Below are positions 46,318 through 60,480 of a stretch of DNA of 64,000 nucleotides, in pieces. The notes beneath the pieces were generated by a model. The model saw only the letters and a list, made by a program, of their open reading frames with translations, was not told the DNA's origin and made no database searches. The first letter of the stretch is position 1, and each line of letters begins with the position of its first letter. The stretch lies in the NCBI RefSeq assembly GCF_009914755.1, contig NC_060935.1; one strand, written 5' to 3'. The DNA comes from the human T2T-CHM13v2.0 reference genome, Homo sapiens. The position numbers were made by a program, and so were the translations under genes.

Positions 46318-46687
46318 TTTTTTTAAAAAATATTTACTGAATTTTTATTTTACGTTCAAGGATACCTGTGCATGTTTGTTACATAGGAAAACTTGTGTCA
46401 TGGAGGTTTGTTGTACAAATGATTTTGTCACTCATGTATTAAGCTTAGTACACATTAGTTATTTTTCCTGATCCTTTCCCTCCTCCTACCCTACCCCGTC
46501 TGATAGGCCCTAGTATATGTTTTTCCCCCAATGTGTCCATGTGTTCTCATCATTTGGATCCCACTTACAAGTTAGAAGATGCGGCATTTGGTTTTCTGTT
46601 CTTGCATTGGTTTGCTTAGGATAAGCAATCCATGTTCCTGCCCAATCCATGTTCCTGCAAAAGAAATGATCTCATTCTTTTCTATGG
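46318..46687 (-). mobile_element. Short L1PA13-like 3' end nested in the L1PA16
   Basis: TTTGTTACATAGG.AAACTTGTGTCATGG..TTTGTTGTACA..TTAGTTATTTTTCCTGATCC. Confidence 0.85.
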
Positions 46688-49600
46688 TAGAATTGCATTT
46701 AAGGACATAGTGATAAATTGTTCCTCAAGTCTACTGTCCAGAACAGTGTTTTCTTCTAGGATTCTTGTAATTTGGTGTTTTGCATTAAAATTTTTATCTA
46801 TCTTGAATTAATTTTTATAAATGGTGAAAGATCAAGGGTCCAGGTCATTCTTCTGCGTACAGTTAGACAGCTATCCCAGCATCATTTTTTGAACAAGAGG
46901 TCCTTTTTCTACTGCTTGTTTTTGTTGACTTTGTTGAAGATTAGATGGCTATGGGTATTTGGTGTTATTTCTGGGCTCTCTATTCTGTTCCATTGATTTG
47001 TGTGTCTGTTTTTACATCAGTACCATGGAGCTGTTTTGAGTACTGTACCTTTATAGTTTGAAGTCAGGTATTGTGGTGCCTCCAGTTTTGTTCTTTTTGC
47101 TTGTGATTGCTTTGGCTATTTGAGCTCTTCTTTGGTTCTATATGAATTTTAAAATAATTTGTTCTAGCTCTGTGAAGAATGATGTTTGTACGTTCGTAGG
47201 AATAGCATTGAATTTGCAGCTTGCTCTGGGCAGTATGGCCATTTTAATGATACTGATTTTTCCGATTAATGAGCATGGAATGTTTTTCCATTTGTTTGTG
47301 TCATCTATGATTTCTCTTAGCAGCATTTGGTAGTTCTCTTTGTAGAGATCTTTTATCTCCTTGGTTAGAGATATTCCTAGGTATTTTATTTTTCATGTAG
47401 CTACTGTAGATGAGATTATGTTCTTGTTATGGTCTTAGCTTGACTGTTATTAGTATATAGAAATGTTACTGATTTTTGTACATTAATTTTGTACCTGAAT
47501 CTTCACTAAGGTCATTTATCAGTTCCTGAAGCCTTGGGGTTTCTATGTATAGAATCATATTATTGGCAAAGAGAGGTAATGTCACTTCACCTTTTTCTAT
47601 TTCAGTGCCTTTTATTTCTTCCTTCTGCTTGATTACTCTGGCTAGCACTTCCAGTATTATGTTAAATAGGAGTGGTGAGAATGGCGCATCCTTATTTTAT
47701 CTCAGTTCTCAAGGGGAATGCTTCTAGTTTTTGGCTGTTCAGTATGGTGTTAGCTGTAGGTTTGTCATAAATGGCTTTTATTATCTTGATGTATGTTCAT
47801 TCAATGCCTTGTTTCTGAGAGTTTTTATCATGAAGCAAGGCCGGATTTTATCAAATGCTCTTCCTTGTCTTTTGAGATCATCATGTCGTTTTTGTTTTTA
47901 ATTCTGTTCATGTGGTGAACATTTACTGATTTGTGTAAGCTGAACCCACCTTGCATCCTAGGAATGAAGTCTACTTGATCATGAAGAATTAACTTTTTGA
48001 TAAGCTGTAGGATTTGGTTTGCTAGTGTTTTGTTGAGGATTTTTGCATATATGTTTATCAGGGATATTGGCATGTAATTTTCTTTTTTTGTTGTGTTTTT
48101 GTCAGGCTTTGGTAACTTGGGGTGATGCTGCCTTTGTAGAATGAGTTAGGGAGAAGCCCCTCCTCTTGAATTTTTTGGAAAAAATTGGGTAGAATTGGTA
48201 CCAGCTCTTCTTTGTATATCTTGTGGAATTTGGCTGTGAATCCATCTGCTCTGGGCTTATTTTGGTTGGTGGGTTTGCTATTACTAATTCCATGTCAGAA
48301 ATTGATATTAGTCTGTTGAGGGTTTCCATTTCTCTCTGATTCAATTTTGAGATATTATGTGTTTTCCAGGAATTTATGCATTCCCTCTAGGTTTTCTAGT
48401 TCTTGTTATTCTAGTTCCTCTATCTGGTATGTTACATTGTTTCTGTTTTTTTCTAACTTTTTATGATAGATATTTAGTGTAATAAACTTTGTTTTTAACG
48501 CTGCTGTTTTTGCATCCCAGAGATTTTGGTATGTTGTGTCAGTGTTTTCATTTATTTCATAGAAGTTTTATATTTCTGCTTTAATTTCATTGTTTACTTA
48601 AAAGTCATTCAGGAGAAAATTGTCTAATACTTGGTTTTGAGAGGACTTCTTGGTATTGATTTCTATTTTTATTCTGTTCTCTGAGAATATGGTTGCTATA
48701 ATTTCATTTAGTTAACTTACTGAGACTTGCATTATGACCCAGCATGTAGTTGATGTTGAAGTATGTTTCATGTGTAGATGTGAAGAATTTATACTCTGCG
48801 ATTCATATGTGGAATATTCTGTAGATGTCAATTAGGTCCATTTGTTCAACTGTTAGGTCTGGGATTTCTTTGTTAGTTTTGGGCCTTGATGATCTGTCTG
48901 ATGCTGTCAGTAGAGTGTTAAATTCCTCCACTATTATCATGTAGCTGCCTAAGTCTATCAGAGGTCTAAAAGTACTTCTTTTATGACTAAAAGTGCTCTA
49001 ATGTTTGATGAATAGTTGAGTCTTCTTGTTAAATTGAACTTTTTATCATTATGTAATGCATTTCTTTGTCCCTTTTTTTACTGCTGTTGGTTTAAAGTAT
49101 GTTTTTATGTAAAAATAATGTTTCTTTTTTATTTTCTAATTGTTTAACCGATCTTCCTTAAGTCTTTTACACTGAACCTGTGGGTGTTGTTTCATGTGGG
49201 ATGGTTCTTTTGAAGACAGCTGGCAGATGGGTTGTCTTTTTTTATTTTATTCAAATTGCCACTCTGTTCCTTTTAAGTACAGCATTTAGACCTTCTGTCT
49301 TCAAGATTAATATTGATATGTGAAGTTTTGATACTGTCATGAAGTTGTTAACTGATAGTTTTGAAGGTTTTATTGTGTGGTTGCTTTATAGTTTCTGTGG
49401 GTTATGTACTTAAGTGTGCTTCTGCAGTAGCAAGTATGTTTTGTTTTGTTTTTCTCATTTCCGTGTTATTACTACCGTAAGAGCCTCTTACAAGGCTGGC
49501 CTAGTGCTAATGAATTCCCTTAGTGCTTGCTCGTCTGCAAAAGATTTTATTATGTTTCATGTATGAAGTTCAGTTTGGTGAGATATGAAATTCTTAGTTA

Positions 49601-50965
49601 CAATTTTTATTCTTTAAGAATGCTGAAAATAGGCCTCCAGTCTCTCCTGGCTTGTAATGTTTCTGCTGAGAAGTCTGCAGTTAATCTGATGAGGTCCTCT
49701 TTGTATGTAATCTAACATGTTTCTCTAGCTGCCTTTAATTTTTTTCCTTAGCATTGACTTTGGACAGTGTGATTACTATATAGCTTGGAGATGTTCATTT
49801 TCTGTAGTATCTTGCAGTTGTTCTCTGGATTTCTTGTATGTGGATGTCTACCTTTCCAAGACTATTAGCAACATTTTCTTGAATTACTCTCTTAAATATG
49901 TTTTCCAGATAATTTACATTTTCTCCTTTTCTTTCAGGAATGCAAATAATTCATAAGTTTGGTTGCTTTATGTGATTCCATATTTCTTGACAACTTTTTT
50001 TAACTCTTTTTTAAATTTATGTTTTTGTCTCACTGGCTTATTTGAAAAGATCGGTTTAAGCTGTGAAATTCTTTCTTGTGCTTGGTGCAGTCTATTGATA
50101 AATATTTCAATTCTATTTTGAAATTCCTTAAGTAAGTTTCAATTCAAGAAGCTCTGATATTTTTTTAAAGATGTTTATCTCTTCCTTCTATTCCTGTATT
50201 GCTTTAGTAGTTTCTCTGTGTTGATTTTCAACCTTCTCTTTGGATATCTTTGGACTTTCTTGCAATCCATGCTTTGAAATTCTTACCTGTCCTTGGCATG
50301 TGAATGCCCCCAAAGCATTCATATTTTTTATGGTGCCAGAATTCTGGAGCTGATTCCTTCTCATCTGGAGATACTGGGATTTCTAATATTTGTAATTTGT
50401 GCATTAGGGTTTTCTCTTCGTTTTCCCACAATATTATTGTTTTGTTTTTAATTTTCCTTTTCTTGTTCTCCACCCAGGGTGTATGACTGTAGAGAATATT
50501 GAGTAGAATTTTTTGTCTGTTCTTCTATAGACCTATGTTTTTCTGTCAACACGTTTTAAATTGGGCTGTTCAGTTTGACCTACAGGCCTGTAGTTTGTGC
50601 TATGGGTAAGAGACAGTTACAGCTAACATACTGGGTAGCTACTTGATCCTGGTTTATTAGGAGATTGTCTCTGCTGCCTCAGGGAATGAGCTGATTTGTG
50701 GAGTACACAGTTTTCTGAACTGCCTGATTAACTCTGGAGGGTAGGGGGAAAGATGTGCTTGTCCAAACCAGGAAGGCTCACCTACATGTCCCCTAATGGC
50801 AGGCAAGGGACTGCCATTAATAGTGCCGTTTGCAAGGGAGAAACCACTGGGTGGCCACCAAGTGCCCAGAGGTGTGCCTCAGCATGGAGCTGTGAAACCT
50901 TCTCAGTTCCATGTTCTATGTACAAGGTTGGAGTCGGGGGTTGGAAGGAAACCTAAACTCCTAAT

Positions 50966-51605
50966 CTAGGAAAGTGACTGTTCAAGAGGCCTGGAGGTCT
51001 GCCTGTGCATTGACTGTAGAGGCCTTGCTGTGCCACAGTCTGCACAGGGATGACAGGGTGACTCAGCCTGCTTATCCAGGCAGATAGGTTCTGTGAATGC
51101 CTGGAGACCTACCTGGACATGCCATGCAGAGGGGTCCCCTGCACCGGGATCTCTTCACAAAAGAGATGGGGTGACTCAGGAAGCTGTTCCAGGTGAGTAG
51201 GTACTCCAAATGCTTGGAAATATGCCTGAATGTGGAGTGGAGAGGGCTCTAATGCAACACCATCTATGCACAGGAAAGGTGGCATGGCTCAGGCTGCCAA
51301 TCCTGGTGAGCCGGTGTTTTGAACACCTGGAGACCTGCCTAGGCATGGAGTGGAGAGGGTCCTGCTGCACCACAGTCTGTGTTCAGGAAGGGTGTGGAGG
51401 CTCAAGCTGGTGATCCAGGTGAATGGATATTCCAAATGTCTGAAGATCTGCCTGGGCATAGAGCAAATAGTGCCCCCCTGCACCATGATCTGTGTCCAGA
51501 AAGGACGGGGTGGTTCAGGCTGTTGACCCAGGTGAGCAGCTGCTGAAAATGCATGGAGATCTTCCTGAGCATGGAGTAGAGAGGGCCCTGCTGCACCACG
51601 ATCTC
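50966..51605. repeat. Tandem array of 113-bp monomers (about 5.7 copies) in the L1PA16-like 5'UTR
   Basis: CCAGG/CCTGG anchors at 51076, 51189, 51302, 51415 and 51528 (exact period 113); shared GGAGACCTGCCTG..ATGGAG..GAGAGGG..CTGCACCA. Confidence 0.9.
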
Positions 51606-53479
51606 AAGGGAGTCAGTTGGAACACCCAGCAATGATACCCAGATGAGTTCCAGTTCACCGAGCTGGCCCTGGCTGCAGGTCTTGTTACCCTGGAGAAACC
51701 ACAGCTGTAGTAGCTCTTCTCCCACCCTAGGCCTGTGATGAGGGACAGCATAATTCCAGTGCCTTTTCATAATTCTGACTGGAGGTCCTTACCCTACTTT
51801 AGAGCAGGTGACCCAAGCTCTGGCCCAGGACTAAAATGCCTGTGCAGCCACACTGCTGGGTCACTAAAGAATTACTGACTTTGTATGTGCCCAGATTAAA
51901 AATGGCATCCTGCTCTTGGTCCTGAGTTTGGGAAAATGCCCACAGTTTTTGCTGGTGTCTTTTCCTGACAGTGTCTACTGTTTTGGACAAGGGAGAACAC
52001 TATGTTGCTCCTAGATCCTCTCCGTAAATTAGCTCTCTAAGTTAGCCCCAGGGCATAGGAGAAACAAAGTGCCCTCCCTTTTCCTGGGTTTCTTGGATTC
52101 CATTGGAAAGGTGAATCACAGAGGGTGGCTGTATGTTTCTCTCATGTGCTGGGGTTTCACTTACTTTTATGAGCTACGTCCCGTTACAGTGCTCTCTTCC
52201 CTGAGATCTGAGTTGTCCTTCACTTTTCTGGTGGATTTCTGTTTTCCTTCTTGAATTAAAGCTCACAGAATTGATCTTTACGAACTCTTGCTCTTTCCAA
52301 GTGGCTGAGACATCTTAAAATTCTCTAATCTACCATCTTGGGTTTTTAAAAATGAGATGAAAAACTATGAGTAAACTCTTAGTGGGGTCTTTAAAGTCTT
52401 TTTTGTTTGTTTGTTTTATAAAAATGTAATGACAGCACATGTCAGAAAATACTCAAGTACAAAATGCCCAAATCTTCTACTTTTTATACCAAAAGGCTGG
52501 TGGTTTTCAGTCAATATAGTTACAGTATACTGAATAAAAATAATTTATAAAATTAAATATGAATAATAATGTGTTTTACAATATGGTAGATACATTTATT
52601 TGGAAAAAGTTACTTGATAAGTTGATTAAAGGAAAGTCATTTACCAAATGTGTACCCTAGCTTGCAAAATGTGTTTCCTAGATTACTACTTACAGAGAAA
52701 ACCTTAATGTCAACTCAGTCAGTTAACAAAAACATAATGTGATATTTAGGAATAGTGCAAGTTGTCTTTTAAAAAATTAGATTTTTAAACCATTTTACTC
52801 TTCAAAATTACTTTCTGAACTCTAACTTTATACTGAACATGTCAATCCCCTCAATTCTATTAGTTCACCTAAAGCCATGAGTCTACAATAAGGTATAATT
52901 TTTGAGATAGAAAAAAAAAAACTCAGTAAAGTATGATATTACATTTAATTTTATTTTTATAATCTTATAAATACCTTCAAATATAATTCTTACATCTTTG
53001 CAAAGTAAAATTCTTTACATAAGCCCCTTAATCGTTAGCTAATATGGCAGAAACTCTTAATATGGAAGGAATAGAATATTTTAAAGATATAATAAAAATA
53101 AATGTATATACTAAATGTGTTTGAGTCTATGTTTATAGATAGAAGTACATCTTACAGAATATGGTAAAATGATTTATGAATTTTACTTTTTAAATAACTA
53201 TTTTATATGTATATACATATAAAATATATACACATATATATTATACATATATATGAGAAAAACCACCAACATTACATTTTTATAAAATATTCAGTGCTTC
53301 ATGATGGAACATATAACAGGATTAGAAAAATAGCAAGTTCAAAGGCTGAAAACAAAACATGGCCTCATCTATTTGAGAAACCATAGGTAACTGTTTATTG
53401 AGGAATTAAAGTCTGAGAGAAAACAGGAAATGGAATATATAAATTTCGACAAAGAGAGTCTTTCTCAGAAGAAAATTGT

Positions 53480-53760
53480 GCTTTGGTTTAAAGGTTTGAA
53501 AGAATAAGTGCAGTATTTTGGTCAGGCCTGTAACATGATCAGAAACATTACTTTCATGGAATTGTGGAGTATAGACTGGAAGGATCTGGGCAAAAATTAG
53601 GAAAACATAGTTAACTAGAGCAGTGCTAATGGGTATAGAGAAGATAGAACTTGGAACTTCTGGAGGTTGGGTTAAATTTACCAATGTCTGTGGAACATCC
53701 GGGTGTTTCACCTAGGCAATTACATAAAAAAGCCCGAAGGTCAGAGGAGAGATCTGAGCT
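53480..53760 (-). mobile_element. L2 fragment
   Basis: TAACATGATCAGA..GTGGAG..TAGACTGGAAGG..GTGCTAATGGG..GAGGAGAGATCTGAGCT. Confidence 0.55.
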
Positions 53761-54903
53761 ATTTTTACAGAAAACCGAAACAATCAACCTATGTCTATAA
53801 ACCTTTGTTTATATAGAGAAAAAAATTAGAAATATTGTTTGTCATCATGAAGGCAAACTAACTTGTTAATTGAACTATTTTCAGCTAGTTGTTTTGGCAG
53901 CTGTAGACACAGCCTTGCAATCACTACTCATTAGGGTATTGGAACTATAGCTCCCCACCCTCCAGGGGAAGTAGTGTGCTTTCATAAACCATGGTGACCA
54001 AGGAATGAACACTTTCAATATGATATAATTAAACATTACGGGAAAGAATGAATTAGGGTTCTTTGTGACATTTGGCTAAACATGCTAGCAAGCAAAAATA
54101 CACAAATGAAGGTCACATTTGCAATTATTATACAAGTGTCTACATTTTAATTAGGTAGCTGATAAATGTCATTGAGCCTTAGCCACTGACCAACTGTCAT
54201 TTTCTAAAAGGAGAGGAAAAATGTCACCTAAAAAGCCAGAATTTTTTGCATTGTCATGAAATTAAAAATTGTAACCACAGTACAGTGTGTTCAGCACTAA
54301 GCTGTTAAATGGGCTTAGGGACAATCTCAAAATGTAGTAAAGAAATATTTGGACAGCATGTGAGGTGTCACTAGTAATACACATTTTCAAGCATTGTTTC
54401 TTTAAAGCATTGTGTCTTTATTGTAAAACCACATAGAGCCACATTAGCCTTGAACGTCTCTTCTCAGAGAGTACAAGTGAACTTTTTTTTCTTTGCCTGC
54501 AGATTTGACTTAAATTCATTCCTTATTAATTTGGACTAAATATTCACTGACTTTCTCCCTCCAATGACAAACTAATCTTCTTAAGCTCACACAGTATTGT
54601 ACCTGACCTAAGAATAAAATAAATTGGTATCTCATCTCTTAGATATTCTTTATTTTTTGGAATTTTACATAGTATTTACTTGAAAATTATTTGTCCTTAT
54701 CCCCTAAAAAAATAAATGAAGTGTGTCAGCTAATATGAATCCCCCACTAAATTTACTTATAAAAGTGCCATGGAAGAAAGTAAATATATAAATACTATGT
54801 ATGTGAGTGAGTGTGTGTGTGTATTGTCTTTAGAGTTATTCTGACTGATATTTCTGAATCCATTTTTTTTAACTTTTAATAAGAAAATTCAAAAGACAAA
54901 ATA

Positions 54904-55242
<339 letters not shown>

Positions 55243-55269
55243 TCAATCATAAAATGATCAATTAGTTCT

Positions 55270-56100
55270 GCAAGATAACAATGTAAACCTTTTCTTCAGA
55301 GTATGCTATTATCAAATTGGAAGCAAAACACTACGGTAAATGAAATCCTTAATCATCAGTGTATAAAGTGCTTTTAAGAATCAAGGAAAACAAATCAGAA
55401 CTCAATAGGATAAAAGAAAATATTTGATATATAATTTAATGATGAAATATGTATACATGGAAAAATATGTGTCTAATAAAGTGCAAATCTAATGAAATAT
55501 GATTTCCACTATAATATTTGTAGAAAGTAAAAAAAAGATAATAGATCTTAGCCATCATCTAATAAAATGGTATGCAAAATAACATAAAGAAAATATTGCT
55601 CTTTTATGATGCTAACAGGAGTCTAAATATTAAGTCAAAAATTCTAGAAAACAGTTTTAGCAGTAGCTATTTTCACTTCAGAAATTCTGCTTCTCTGATA
55701 TTCCTAGGAAATTACAGTAATAGTCACAAAGATTTATGTACAGGGGTATTCCTGTTTGGTTATATATGACAGATAAATTCATCTATAGGGATAGGGTTGA
55801 AGAAGTTTTAACAAAACACATAATTGAAATATATAATTAATTAAATGCTTCTGAAGGACATTTGTAACAGAGTTACATAATTATAATTTATATATATGTG
55901 TGTGTGTTTTAAGATGGAGCCTCACTCTGTTGCCCAGGCAGGAGTGCAGTGACCTGATCTTGGTTCACTGCAACCACCACCTCCCAGTTGAAGTAATTCT
56001 CCTGTCTCAGCCTCCTAAATAGCTGGTATTACAGGCATGCACTACCATGCCCAGCCACAATATAATATTAAATAAAAATTAGAAAATTACGTGTACAAAC
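55270..56100 (+). mobile_element. Degraded L1ME-like ORF2/3' fragments
   Basis: ATATGGAAAAAT-like and TCTAGAAAACAGTTTTAGCAGT..TTCCTAGGAAATTAC..CACAAAGATTTATGTACA motifs. Confidence 0.5.
55906..56056 (-). mobile_element. Alu right monomer (FRAM or truncated Alu)
   Basis: AGATGGAGCCTCACTCTGTTGCCCAGG..ACCATGCCCAGCC; tail replaced by TA/TG repeats. Confidence 0.88.
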
Positions 56101-57239
56101 TGATTCCAGTTTTCTTCAAACAAAACAAAAAGTCTGCCTGTGTCTCTGTTGGCATATCTCTCCATAAATCAAATGAAGATAAATCCAAGTTTGTTTTTGC
56201 AGAGTATTCTGTTTCTGGATATCAAGATCAGAGATGATTTTGTTCTGTAGTGCGCATATATTTGTTTATAATGAGAATATTTAAAACTAGAATTCAGAGG
56301 ACTCTTCAGGTACCACCGTTTTGGATCTGAACCCTGTAACTTATTCCCTAAGGGAAAGAATTAGGCGTAGGGACCTTCTGTGACCCTGAAGGCAACACCA
56401 AGAGAAATACATGTTAGCTGATTCTCATACCGATTTGGAAGGGTACTATACTGCTTTGAATTGAATTCATTTGTAAAACTTTTGACTTGAGAAGTAGTAG
56501 AATTTGTGATGCATACATAACTTAGCCAAGAAACAGCAGTTCCACAGCTGGAAGTTGCTTTCTGACATTAAGGTTTTGTTGAATATTGTGCAAATACTAT
56601 GGATGAGGCAAATGTGTGGACACTGATGATGAGAGTGACATATTAAATCAGGCTGCAATATTTTAGCCCACTTGATGTCTTTGTTTCAATTTAAGTAACT
56701 GGACTTAAATGTGCTGTCAGTTGAGGCTACAAAAATCACAACCACAGCAGATGAGTGAATTTAAATGGACTTTTACAGGTATTTAATCTGTTAAATGAAA
56801 ACTCACCTAACTTAGCTAAAAATGTCATTGGGAAATTTTCTTTTGATATCTTTTCTTTGAAGAAATTGCTGTTAGTTGCACAGTTTCCCATTTACTCCTG
56901 CATGTGCCTCAGTAACCTGTAATTCCTAGGGTCAAAGCTGTAGGTCTGCTTTTGAAGAAAAATTGCCATAGAAAAAAATCACTCGGGGACTTCAATAACT
57001 AACTCACCTTGCAGGGATTCCTAGGCAACTTTTTCACGTGCTGGGTAGCAAAATAAAAACCATAAACATATTTCCAATATCCATATTCCCATTTGTGAGA
57101 AATCGCCAAAGCTCGATTCAAATTTCACCTCTACTGCCAAGCACTTTTTCTTGGTATCAGCTGCTTCTTACTAGATGCTCCAACATGAGTTAGCTTGAAC
57201 AGTAATCCTATTATGCACCTATTCCTCTCTCCCTTTTAA

Positions 57240-57700
57240 GATTGTGCCTTGTGACTTGAGCATCACAGTGAGCCTGTGATCACTGGAAAGACAGTAACGG
57301 ACAGCTAAAGATTATAAGCATAGGGTTTTCTTTAATGGTAAAATATAAAGAAGTTTATTTGCTCAGAGCAGCTACACAAGCAGGAGCCAGTGTACCCACA
57401 CAAGTAGGAAGACACAACTTCCTTTGTCCCTACCATCTTGTTTACAGACACACATCTGCCCAAGATAGTACCCATGTGGAGTGAGGACTCCCCCAGGCCC
57501 GGGAAAAATTTTTGTTTACTCTATGGGGGAGAATGATGTCAGACCCTCTTAATGCTATATGCTTCTATTAAGTGTAAAAATAAATTCACTTATAGCCCCA
57601 ATTTGAAAACAACTAAGCCTTTTCGCTAAAACAAATTGTGAGTATAGTTTTATCTGAGTGGCTCTGTTGCTAAGTTTTGTTGAAATTCCATGATTATAAA
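57240..57700 (-). mobile_element. Possible old ERV/ERVL LTR fragment
   Basis: Locally GC-richer with AGTTTATTTGCTCA (antisense poly-A signal) and LTR-like composition; family not recognised. Confidence 0.3.
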
Positions 57701-60336
57701 GTGATCTCCTTGAGGTTTATTTTTTTTCTCTTAGTTTATAAGAACTCCTTGAAGGCAAAGATTGTATGTTTTATTATACTTTTTAAAAATTTCCATAGTT
57801 ACCTTTTAATGTGGGATATATAATAATCATTTCACGTTAAATAAATTTTAAATCCTATATTGCATTATTTGTGTCTATGTCCAAAAATGTCATAATTATT
57901 TTTGGCCATCTAGGATTCCATTATATAATTAGCCATCTTGAATTCCATTCCTAAATCCAGAATTGAATGAGTACACCCACCTTTTACAGATTCTATGTTC
58001 TACACGGCACCATAGGAAACACTGAACTTGATACTGAACATAATGAAACACATGTTTATTTTTAATATAACTGCATATGTAAAAGCACAACTTGCCCACA
58101 GAATTGTTTCTAAAATTGGGAGGAAATACATTTTGTGTAATTATTTTCTAATTGCTAAGCAATGCTAGCTTTTTTTGATTTGTTATAAAATACTGTCTGA
58201 TCTATCTTAAACACACAGAGAATAGGAAAGTAAAAGCTAATATAATCATTACAGTTAAAACTTTACTGAAATCTTTAATTATCCAAAACAAGAGGGAATT
58301 CTTTAATCACTAAATTAATTTGGTTATATTTCTCAACTAGCTCCTGCCTTTGCTAATTTCCTCAGTGATTCATATTCATATTGTGAGGGAAATATTAATT
58401 TAATGCAACCATATATTATGCTCTTGGTGATTTAAAAAGATAGCATCATAACACTATAGGTTTTTAAAAACTTAACAGCCATGAAAAAATACAAAACAAG
58501 AAAACTGTTAGAATCTCCTTTTTGGCAATAAAAGTCTATAATACCCAGTTTAATTTGTAACAATGTTCATGCTCTATCTGTGAATACAACTAAGAATTTA
58601 CTATTTAGAAAAGACAAAGTTATCCAAATCTTACATAATTATGACTACAAATATTTACAGCATACCTGAGTATCAGTTGTAGAAATAATTTCAAATCACG
58701 CTTCTTTTCCCTTGTAAATATGTCTATTTTTTCAGTCTTATGCAAGGAATACCAGGAATGCAGTGCCGTTAACTTTTTTTCTTGTATCTTGGAACTATCA
58801 AAGTTTAAATGCCTGACTCCAGTGCTTTAAAAATCGTGTATTTCATCCTCTGCATATGCTTTTTGCTCTTGAAGCTACAACACTGTAAACTTTACACATA
58901 ATACATTTCTTGGAGAAAGTGCTGAGTTGAGACATAGAGTACATCTGATTTGGGCTATTTCAAACTCTCATATGCCATAGATGCAGACAACCAAATTGAA
59001 ATGATGCACATTATTTGTAAATTATTAACCATTTCTAAATATTCTCCACACGACTGGCTTTGCTGAGGTGTTTCATCCATCCTTGCAAGCTTCATAAAAC
59101 AGTAGCAGGCCAAAATTGCAGAGTTAACATTAATTCTCATCAAAGAGAGGACAGCCTTAGCAATTACTTTGAAAAAGGTCAGGTATCAGATTTCTTTATG
59201 CTGACTTTGATGCCAAATGGAGTCACACTGCAGGCTTGGATATTGTATGTCTTCTGTTTTTTTCTGTATACTCTGTCATGAATACATAGTGCCACTCTTT
59301 GCTGTCTGACATATAAGTTGATGATGGAATATTCTCAAGAATGTTATGCTCTCAAGAGCATCACACATCATTTGGTACTATAATTTATTTATATTTTTAC
59401 ACAAGAGCCTAAACAGACATTTAAAATCAAACTTCAAAAGTAGGGAATACATGATTTATATGAATATCTGTCATTTCATGACTTGTGGGTGTTGCTCACT
59501 CTTCTGTACCAGTAAAACTTAACAGCATTGTGTCGGGAGTCGATAGAAAAGATTCAGATACAGAGTCCAATAGTGATAATACAGTTTTATCAATCAATAT
59601 TTTAGGAGCGGTAAATTTTCTTGTAAACATACCTCTCATATTTAGGGACGGAAATAGAATTCTGAAGTTTTATTGGTGTCAGAAAATTCAGGAATATTTT
59701 GATGATAGCAAGTGATTAAATACTTTAAAATATATTTTTATCATATTGACATTTTATTTTATCTTCTTCATAAATATTGCCATAAAGAATTTTAGTTCTG
59801 CATATTCTAATCCATTATTTTGTTAATATTTTATTTATAATATTTATATTTTAATATTATAACTATTATATTTATAATATTAATATTTTGTTAATATTAT
59901 TTACATTGGATGGCAATGTTATGATCTCTAAAATGACCTTTTATTTAATGGAAAAGAATGCTATTAGTTCCAAGGACTGAAAGTGGTGGCAATGTCATTC
60001 TGACTTAATGGAGTACAGTTTTATTAAATAATGCAAGTTCAGTTGTCCCAGGGTCATTATATTAGGAAATATTTAATGAAGGTATTAATATTTACTCCTA
60101 CCCAACCTCCAGCTGGAATTTCATGGTGTGAGAGCACCAGGTTAATTGAGTTTTATCACAAAATCTCTGGGCCACGTTAGAAATAACTTTAACACATGCT
60201 CCCTAAGGTCTAACCTACAAAAAGTGAGAAAATAGAAAAAGAAATGATTAACATGTAACTAGATTTAGCTGACATCTTCAGCATAGTTATTTATTAAAAG
60301 ACTGAGCAACTGATGAAAATTTTTCTCTGAAAAGAA

Positions 60337-60480
60337 AAAGGTATGGGTTTGAGGAGAGTGGGTAAGATGCTAATTATCCGTCCTGTATGATGGGAGAATA
60401 AATGGACCAGGAAAGTGAAGTAGTATTTCTTGGAAACTCAAAAGGCCTACTGGAAGTCAGTTATCACACACTGAGTTCTT
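60337..60480 (+). repeat. Duplicated copy of 62731-62874
   Basis: Ungapped 144-bp alignment, 13 mismatches by hand count. Confidence 0.95.

Noticed and set aside
50966-51605. CRISPR-like regularly spaced array
   Set aside because: Whole units are homologous with no unique spacers, there are no cas genes, and the context is a primate L1 5'UTR; the same holds for 5572-5977
59485-59715. 76-aa ORF with an acidic/serine stretch (DRKDSDTESNSDN) and a few CpGs
   Set aside because: GTG start, no recognisable domain and no convincing splice pair; cannot be supported without homology or expression data
59770-59905. Very AT-rich stretch with AATATT palindromes
   Set aside because: Ordinary low-complexity sequence with no defined unit or boundaries
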